Source: Candidatus Thorarchaeota archaeon
GTDB lineage: Archaea; Asgardarchaeota; Heimdallarchaeia; Hodarchaeales; Hodarchaeaceae
Direction: 5' to 3'
Assembly: GCA_048882505.1 (NCBI GenBank)
Contig: JBHLRO010000028.1
Span: 4,098-36,097, forward strand
DNA: 32,000 bases
How positions within the stretch are numbered: the stretch's first letter is position 1; each line of letters starts with the position of its first letter. The position numbers and the translations under genes are program-made. Shown here one piece after another: positions 25,238 through 32,000 of this stretch. The notes under the pieces are model-generated. The model made no database searches. It was not told the DNA's origin and was given only the letters and a program-made list of their open reading frames with translations.

Positions 25238-27682
25238 ATGGGAAAAAGGGATCATAGAAAACTTCAGAACTATCTGATCTTGAACAGATTCATCTCTTCA
25301 TTTTTCTCATTAAAGAACATGGCAGAATTTAGAAAAGAACTAAAAAACGTACAGAAAGGGATTAGTTCGAACAAAAAGTTTTTCTTTACCGAAATTGTGC
25401 AAACCCTGCCCATTTCTGATGAATTTCGTCTCAAGCTGGATTTTTATGATGAGAATATTCAACAATATCTCAAAAGGATTAATACCAAACGAAAACCTCC
25501 TATTGACCTTACGTATTTTCAATATCTAGCGATTTTGTTCACAGAAATCTACCTTGATAACTTCTTCAACAATTTTGATTTGTTCTATCACGACTATGTA
25601 CGATTTGTCGTTGAACAAAACCATATAGAAACCCCAAATAGTTCTAATCCATATCCCAAACCTAAGAAGGGAAATATGCGAAAATTATGTTATTGGTCTG
25701 CCACGGGTAGTGGTAAGACCCTTATCATGCATTTTAACATGCTTCAGATTTTAAAATACACGAATCACAAATTCGACAACATGCTTCTTGTTACCCCTCC
25801 TGGTGACACTCTATCTTCGCAACACATTGACGAATTAGTCCATAGTAGCATCAAGAATAAACGGTTTGATAAGAAACAATCAGACATAGCAGATTATTTT
25901 ACGGATATGTATGTTCAAGTTATAGAAATTTCTAAAATAAAGGAGGAGGTCACCTCTCAAGACGGATTATCAGTCCCAGTGGAGGTTTTTGGGGAAAACA
26001 ATCTGGTTTTTGTTGACGAAGGGCATAAAGGGCATTCTTCGGAAGCCAAGGTTTGGCGAAGTTTAAGGGAACAATTAGTGGGCGAAAAGGGCTTTACATT
26101 TGAGTATAGTGCGACGTTCGCTGAAATTTCAGGGAAGGATGAGACATTTAATGAATATGCGTCCACAATTATTTTTGCCTATCGTTATCGATCTTTTTAC
26201 GAGGATGGATATGGTAAAGATTATTCAATCCTTAATTTAAAGAATGCGAGAGACTATGGAGATGAATATTTTACAGGAGCCCTACTTTCGTTATATGAGC
26301 AAAAACTTTACTTTAAGAATTATCAAACGGCGGCTAAAGAATTTTTAATTAATAATCCCTTAATGATCTATGTTGGAACCTCGGTGAGTGGGAAAAGAAA
26401 TCGGTCCGATGTTTTTTTTGCGTGTAAGTTCTTTTCTCAATTTATCAGGGGTAGGAATAAGTATGAGAACTATATTAAAGATATTCTAACAAATAAATCT
26501 AGTCTACTGGATGAAAATAACAAATCCATTTTCCAATATAAGTTTCAATATCTGAAAGACCTTATTGGAACGAACCAATTACAGCTCGGTGACATTTATG
26601 CTGATATGCTTGAATTATTGTTTCATTCAACAACCTCAACCAAGATCCGCTTTATAGAGATTAAAAAAGTAGAGGGAGAGATTGGATTAAAATTGGGGCC
26701 GAAATATTTCGGATTAATCAATATTGGGGATGTTGCGACATTCTTAAAACTCGTTGAACAGGAAGATGATTTTATACATGGGCAACCAACCCACCTAGAA
26801 GAATCATTGTTCAAACAAATAGAGGAAGAAGCATCACCAATAAATTTCCTCCTTGGCTCCAAGAAGTTTAGTGAAGGGTGGAATTCATATCGTGTCTCGT
26901 CAATGGGGTTACTAAACATCGGAAAAAAGCGAGGCGCCCAAATCATGCAAATATTTGGACGCGGTGTACGTTTGAAGGGTTATAATAATCTTCTGAAGCG
27001 TTCTTATGCAATCAAAAGCGATCCACACGGTAACATCAGTATAAATATTCCCCAATATTTCACTATTCTTGAAACCCTGAATATTTTTGGTCTTAATGCC
27101 GATTATATGGCGATATTCCGAGAAAATTTGAAAGAAGAAGGATTAGCAGAATTCGGGATCTCCAACGGTTTAAGAAAGTTTGATGGTTTAAAAGAAGCTC
27201 AAACTTATTTAAATTCGCCTAAAATGTCTAGTATGTTCGAAAATCAGGTACAAATCACCTCATTGCAGCATTCAATCCCTGAAGTTAGAATTGATCTGGG
27301 TTCAAAGATAGGCTTTCTTGATTCTCGGAGAAATGATCCCTCTTCCTATCTGGAAATGCCCCAAGAACGGATTCGATTAAGCGACAATATCCTTGAAATT
27401 GTTGATTTTCAGGAAGTTTATCTCGAACTTCTCAAGTATAAATCCCTGAAAAAATATTTTAACCTTTATTTTACTCAGAAAGACTTGATTCATTTTTTAA
27501 AATCAGGTAATTACTCCATTTATGGCAATAAAGCGGTTTTTACTCTACATGCTTTCGAAGACTTGGATAAGATCAATAAAATCCAAGGTTACATTATCCA
27601 ACTATTAAAAGCCGTTATTGATAGCTTGTATAGATACAACAAGTCACTTTGGCATGAGAAAACCAAACCTAGACCTAATTAG
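25238..27682 (+). CDS. res: Type III restriction enzyme Res-like SF2 helicase/ATPase, apparently lacking the C-terminal nuclease domain
   Basis: Walker A WSATGSGKT, Walker B FVDEGHKG, motif III FEYSATF, KKFSEGWN and QIFGRGVRL. No PD-(D/E)xK-like motif is visible in the last 200 aa or so. Confidence 0.85.
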   Translation: MGKRDHRKLQNYLILNRFISSFFSLKNMAEFRKELKNVQKGISSNKKFFFTEIVQTLPISDEFRLKLDFYDENIQQYLKRINTKRKPPIDLTYFQYLAILFTEIYLDNFFNNFDLFYHDYVRFVVEQNHIETPNSSNPYPKPKKGNMRKLCYWSATGSGKTLIMHFNMLQILKYTNHKFDNMLLVTPPGDTLSSQHIDELVHSSIKNKRFDKKQSDIADYFTDMYVQVIEISKIKEEVTSQDGLSVPVEVFGENNLVFVDEGHKGHSSEAKVWRSLREQLVGEKGFTFEYSATFAEISGKDETFNEYASTIIFAYRYRSFYEDGYGKDYSILNLKNARDYGDEYFTGALLSLYEQKLYFKNYQTAAKEFLINNPLMIYVGTSVSGKRNRSDVFFACKFFSQFIRGRNKYENYIKDILTNKSSLLDENNKSIFQYKFQYLKDLIGTNQLQLGDIYADMLELLFHSTTSTKIRFIEIKKVEGEIGLKLGPKYFGLINIGDVATFLKLVEQEDDFIHGQPTHLEESLFKQIEEEASPINFLLGSKKFSEGWNSYRVSSMGLLNIGKKRGAQIMQIFGRGVRLKGYNNLLKRSYAIKSDPHGNISINIPQYFTILETLNIFGLNADYMAIFRENLKEEGLAEFGISNGLRKFDGLKEAQTYLNSPKMSSMFENQVQITSLQHSIPEVRIDLGSKIGFLDSRRNDPSSYLEMPQERIRLSDNILEIVDFQEVYLELLKYKSLKKYFNLYFTQKDLIHFLKSGNYSIYGNKAVFTLHAFEDLDKINKIQGYIIQLLKAVIDSLYRYNKSLWHEKTKPRPN

Positions 27683-27861
27683 AAGCTTTATGAAATGAAT
27701 TGAGGAGGATGGGGGGCAAATAGCCAGTTGTTGATGCTGCTGACTCATTAAATCAACCAATCTAGCAAGGATCAGTTCTTTCACAATTGGTAACGTCAAA
27801 ATCCTGATGAGAGATTCTAAACATGAAGCATCTGGTTTAACCTATTTTTGACGCACAAATA

Positions 27862-30800
27862 TTATTCAGGTTTTTTCTGAAAATTCTGCCTAAGCTTTTC
27901 TAGCATATTACTGGTGATTTGGGCTAATCTTTGCCGGTATACGACCCCTAGAGCCAACAGAGCAATACTTGGTACCCCGATGAATGCAAGAAGTAAGTTG
28001 GGACTGAGAGGGTTTAATGGCTCGGGATCCATCCCATCATTCCACCCGTCATTGTCTGAATCAGCGTCTAATGGATCAGTTCCTATCTCAAGCTCTTTTG
28101 AGTCGATTAATCCGTCATCATCGGTATCAGGATCCCGGGGATCCGTGAAATAGATGAAAATTTCGTCATAATCCTCTAACTCATCTTTATCGGTGTCGAC
28201 TTTGGCGGGATTTGTCCCATATGTGTATTCCGCAGAATCATTTAGACCATCATTGTCAGAATCGAGATCAAGTAGATTATCCAGTCCATCCTTATCAGGA
28301 TCCCCTGCAGGATCCTCGTCCCAAAATTCGAAGTAATCTCGTTCAGCACCATCCCAAAGTCCATCTTCATCAGTGTCTTCTTCGTAATAGAACGTCCCAA
28401 AAACGATGGTCTCTTCGTAATCTGTGAGATTATCATTATCATAATCATAATCCCAGCCATCTAATTCACCGTCATTGTTTTCATCAGGATCCAGAGGATC
28501 CGTCAGGTAGAAGTTGACCTCGACCCCATCATAAATCCCGTCGTCATCGGAGTCTGGATCAATGGGATCGGTAAGATAGAGATTTATCTCTTGTGGATCG
28601 GTCAGACCGTCATTATCGGTATCATTCAAGAAGGGATTGGTCTTATAGAGATTGTATTCATCGCCATCCAACAAGCCGTCGTAATCTGTATCGTTATTCA
28701 ATGGATGAGAATGTAGAATAGATTTCTCAAACCCGTCTGTTAAACCATCTTTATCCGTATCATAATCCCGAGGATCGGTCTTGTTTACTAGAAGAGTGGA
28801 ATTTTGATACGATATCAGTACCTCAAACTTGTCGTTTAATTGATCATTGTCAGTATCGAAGGAGGTAGGACTGGTGTGATAAATGTTAATTTCATCAAAG
28901 TCGCTTAATCCGTCTTCATCCGTGTCTCTTCTGTTTGGGTTGGTTGCATTAACTTCAGTTCCATCTAAAAGCCCATCCCCATCGGTATCATTCTTTAAAG
29001 GATTCGTTATTACTGGCATGGAGATGGCTTCAAAATTATGACTTGGAAATTGAATGAATGTATAGTTTGCCATTCCATACTTTTCTTGTCCTTCGGTTAA
29101 CCCATCATTATCAGTATCAGGGATGATTGGGTTAGTAATGTAACCACCCCTAAGCGCAGCTATGCTTGTATATTGCGTTTCTCGTGTCATCTGAACTTGA
29201 AGGGGAGGGGCATCACCATTACCAATAATTGCCACACCAGTACGTTGTCTGACATCATAGATTCGCTTTGAGAACCAATTCCAACTGTAGATTTCCTCGA
29301 AATCACTAATCATATCGCCATCGGTATCGGGGTGCATGGGATTGGTAACAACAGTGAGGTTGTTGTTCATAACGGTCATGTTGATTCCACCGACCTCAAC
29401 GCCATCGATCAGCCCGTCTCCATCCGTATCTTTGTCGGTCGGGTCAGTATACCAATTGTATGGTATAATTCCATTCACTTCCTCTCCATCCTCTAATCCA
29501 TCGTCATCAGAGTCACTATCCAATGGATCTGTATAGAATAGGATTTGTTGATCAAGACCCGTAAAAGGATCTGTGTAGTTAAAGCCATAGCCATATACTT
29601 CATCATAGTCTCCCATTTGGTCACCATCAGAGTCATATACTGTAGGATTGGTTCCTCGCGCCATCTCTTCTCCATCTAGCAATCCATCGTTATCAGAATC
29701 AGCATCTTGAATTCCCGTGATTATATCACCATCATAATTGCTAAACTGCGTGAAGCCGTACGGGAGGAAATAGTTAACTTCATGTCCATCATTAATGCTA
29801 TCGTTGTCACTATCGGGATCCCTAGGAAAGCTATTCCAGATCAGTACTTCTTCGCCATCGGTTAAACCATCGTCGTCCGTATCAGCGATATTAGGATCAG
29901 AAAAAACCATCATGGGAATAGAGACACCGGTGCCGTTCCATTCAATCATGACACCATTAATCTCCTCAATATCTTTTAGACCGTCCACATCAGTATCATC
30001 TGTTGTGGGGTCGGTGTGATATGTCAGAACTTCTATACCGTCTGATAAGCCATCTGAATCGGTATCACTTAATGTACTGTTGACAATTGGTTGGTCATAT
30101 CCTGTTAACGAGGCTTCGGTTCCATCTAACAGTCCATCGTTGTCAGTGTCATTGTCCATTATGCCTGTAAGGGAGTCGGCATCAAAATTGCTATCTCGGG
30201 TAAAATTAGATTGTGTTAAGATCGTATCATTGAAATAAGCGACTTCAGAACCGTCCGTTAACCCATCTCCATCACTGTCTTTATTTGTAGGAATACTTCG
30301 CCAATAATTGACCTCCAGTCCGTCAGAGATACCATCTTCATCCGTATCAGGAATTTGCGGATTAGTGTTGTTCCTGTACTCATAGACGTTTAATAATCCG
30401 TCCCCATCGGTATCAGTCACATTATCAGTTGCGACATTTTTATTTAGACCATTGTTATCTTCCCAAAGATCTGGCATCCCATCATGATCGCTATCAGCCC
30501 ATTTATCATCAGATGGATCTGTTAAATTAAAAGTATATGTAGCATTATTCGCTTCAAATTCTGCTCCGTCACTTACGCCACCACCATCAGAATCGAAATC
30601 CAAAATTCCTTTGATACCATCGCTGTCATAATCGCTGTTTTCATCAAACCCACTGACGAGTGTGTTGAAGTAAGAAATCTCGTCCCCATCCAAGAACCCA
30701 TCAGCGTCACTATCATTTATCAGAGGTTTACTTGACCAAACATTCACTTCATCCCCGTCAATCAGATTGTCATTGTCAGAATCTACATTAGTTGGATCCG

Positions 30801-32000
30801 TTCCATGAACATAGATCTCGTTATCAGCTAGACCATCCCCATCGGTATCAGTAACGTTTGGTTTTGTCAGGTATGGATTTGTAGGTGTAATCTTAACTTC
30901 CTCAAAATCATTTACACCATCCGTATCGGTATCTATAAAACGAGGATGACTATAGAATACGGTGGATCCTATCAGGGTTCCAGTTTTGACTTCATAGAAG
31001 TCTGTTAGGCCATCCCCATCGGTATCATTCAGATTGGGATCGGAGGTGACCGTGCCAATTCCTGGAACAGCTTTTCCAAGAATTTCCTCTCCATCAGTGA
31101 GCCCATCGCCATCAGTGTCCGTCTGATTCCACAGAATAGAGTATCTTCGCAATTCATCAAAGTCAGAAATTCCATCAGTGTCGGTATCAGTAAGTAAAGG
31201 ATCTGAGTTCAACACAACTTCCTCCTTATCATGTAGTAAATCCCCATCACTATCGGCATTCATAGGATCACTAAAGACTGGTCTTGTATTTCCATTAACG
31301 GTTATTGAAAGCGTGCCCTTGACTTCCTGATTATCTGTAAGCCCATCTCCATCTGAGTCTTGTTTAAGAGGATCAGAGGTGTAGCTATGGGGATTCGCTC
31401 CATTTACTTCTTCGCCATCGGTTAACCCATCATTATCGCTATCTGGATCCAACACATGGGACTTGTTATCCCCATCATAATCACCCAATGGATCGATGTA
31501 TCTCCCTTCAAAATAACTAACTTCCGCGCCGTCAGTTAGGCCATCATTGTCCGAGTCAGGATCCGTGGGAAAAGTGAAATAGACCGCCAATTCAACGCCA
31601 TCGGGAAGGCCATCATTATCGCTATCGGCATTATTGGGATTCGTACCAATCTGGGTTTCAAAGCTATCAGTTAACCCATCACCATCAGTATCGGGATTCA
31701 TTTGGTGTCCTTCGGGAGACAGGGGTCCGATTTTCCATACTTTCGCCCAACCTGCTTTTAAATCCTTGAAAGGCCACGGCACATCGACTTCATACCCGAA
31801 GTCCAATGATAATGTGAAAAAATTACCCTTACTGGTAAAGTGCGATGATAATTCAACTTCTGCTCCCCCTCCTATATCCACTATTCGTGTATCTATATAC
31901 ATGGAGACTCCAAAAAATATCGCTTGAACAAATTCATCATCTCCGTCATTATTTAGGAAGATTTCGAATTCTGCCCCCAAGTAGGGGGTAAGTTTGGCTC
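27862..32000 (-). CDS. Giant membrane-anchored surface protein with TSP3-like Ca-binding repeats, partial (5' end lies beyond the window)
   Basis: The frame stays open from 31980 to the window edge (...AKLTPYLGAEF...), so the track start is not the real start. About 48 DxDxDG-type units, then the TM helix LLLAFIGVPSIALLALGVVY and a basic tail RQR...QKKPE. Confidence 0.9.
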   Translation of the reverse strand, partial: AKLTPYLGAEFEIFLNNDGDDEFVQAIFFGVSMYIDTRIVDIGGGAEVELSSHFTSKGNFFTLSLDFGYEVDVPWPFKDLKAGWAKVWKIGPLSPEGHQMNPDTDGDGLTDSFETQIGTNPNNADSDNDGLPDGVELAVYFTFPTDPDSDNDGLTDGAEVSYFEGRYIDPLGDYDGDNKSHVLDPDSDNDGLTDGEEVNGANPHSYTSDPLKQDSDGDGLTDNQEVKGTLSITVNGNTRPVFSDPMNADSDGDLLHDKEEVVLNSDPLLTDTDTDGISDFDELRRYSILWNQTDTDGDGLTDGEEILGKAVPGIGTVTSDPNLNDTDGDGLTDFYEVKTGTLIGSTVFYSHPRFIDTDTDGVNDFEEVKITPTNPYLTKPNVTDTDGDGLADNEIYVHGTDPTNVDSDNDNLIDGDEVNVWSSKPLINDSDADGFLDGDEISYFNTLVSGFDENSDYDSDGIKGILDFDSDGGGVSDGAEFEANNATYTFNLTDPSDDKWADSDHDGMPDLWEDNNGLNKNVATDNVTDTDGDGLLNVYEYRNNTNPQIPDTDEDGISDGLEVNYWRSIPTNKDSDGDGLTDGSEVAYFNDTILTQSNFTRDSNFDADSLTGIMDNDTDNDGLLDGTEASLTGYDQPIVNSTLSDTDSDGLSDGIEVLTYHTDPTTDDTDVDGLKDIEEINGVMIEWNGTGVSIPMMVFSDPNIADTDDDGLTDGEEVLIWNSFPRDPDSDNDSINDGHEVNYFLPYGFTQFSNYDGDIITGIQDADSDNDGLLDGEEMARGTNPTVYDSDGDQMGDYDEVYGYGFNYTDPFTGLDQQILFYTDPLDSDSDDDGLEDGEEVNGIIPYNWYTDPTDKDTDGDGLIDGVEVGGINMTVMNNNLTVVTNPMHPDTDGDMISDFEEIYSWNWFSKRIYDVRQRTGVAIIGNGDAPPLQVQMTRETQYTSIAALRGGYITNPIIPDTDNDGLTEGQEKYGMANYTFIQFPSHNFEAISMPVITNPLKNDTDGDGLLDGTEVNATNPNRRDTDEDGLSDFDEINIYHTSPTSFDTDNDQLNDKFEVLISYQNSTLLVNKTDPRDYDTDKDGLTDGFEKSILHSHPLNNDTDYDGLLDGDEYNLYKTNPFLNDTDNDGLTDPQEINLYLTDPIDPDSDDDGIYDGVEVNFYLTDPLDPDENNDGELDGWDYDYDNDNLTDYEETIVFGTFYYEEDTDEDGLWDGAERDYFEFWDEDPAGDPDKDGLDNLLDLDSDNDGLNDSAEYTYGTNPAKVDTDKDELEDYDEIFIYFTDPRDPDTDDDGLIDSKELEIGTDPLDADSDNDGWNDGMDPEPLNPLSPNLLLAFIGVPSIALLALGVVYRQRLAQITSNMLEKLRQNFQKKPE
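28040..31692 (-). repeat. Protein-level tandem repeat array, consensus D[TS]DxDGLxDxxE...[TS][DN]P
   Basis: About 48 units counted by eye in the translation. Unit length ranges from 13 to about 70 aa because of insertions; the units are diverged at DNA level. Confidence 0.9.

Noticed and set aside
21988-27861. Integrated element boundaries (att sites, integrase) around the R-M genes
   Set aside because: No flanking direct repeats, tRNA or integrase/transposase gene were found by eye.
28040-31692. CRISPR array or DNA tandem repeat
   Set aside because: The recurrent ATCAGTATC/ACCATC words vary at synonymous positions and have irregular in-frame spacing; the repeat is at protein level.
27914-31927. 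Ser/Pro-rich plus-strand ORFs and short alternative-frame ORFs in the repeat gene
   Set aside because: They are by-products of Asp/Gly/Thr codon repetition on the opposite strand.
31978-31980. TTG start of the 1372-aa ORF
   Set aside because: The frame is open to the window edge and there is no signal peptide at this position, so the true start is upstream.

Overview
Gene-dense prokaryotic window, probably archaeal: TATA-like boxes, GGAGG/GGTGA Shine-Dalgarno sites, oligo-T terminators and many TTG starts. The gene mix resembles Asgard/Heimdallarchaeia genomes, but this is an inference because the window has no phylogenetic marker gene. From left to right: (1) a carotenoid locus, with a 3'-truncated crtB that the ORF track missed, divergent from crtI-crtY-unknown membrane protein; (2) small membrane proteins and a tandem split-barrel protein; (3) GNAT, AIM24/TIGR00266 and two zinc-ribbon membrane proteins; (4) an O-methyltransferase-VOC-PNPOx-like operon and a DUF2461 gene; (5) a decayed tandem duplication; (6) an AmmeMemoRadiSam radical SAM gene with a 445-aa homing-endonuclease intein inserted inside its CxxxCxxC motif; (7) a HEAT-like protein, a SelA-like PLP enzyme, a secreted subtilisin with no propeptide and an MFS transporter; (8) a Type III restriction-modification pair whose Res subunit seems to lack the nuclease domain; (9) the 3' part of a very large membrane-anchored surface protein with about 48 DxDxDG (TSP3-like) repeats. 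No rRNA, tRNA or CRISPR array was recognised. All family calls come from motifs read by eye; no database search was run.
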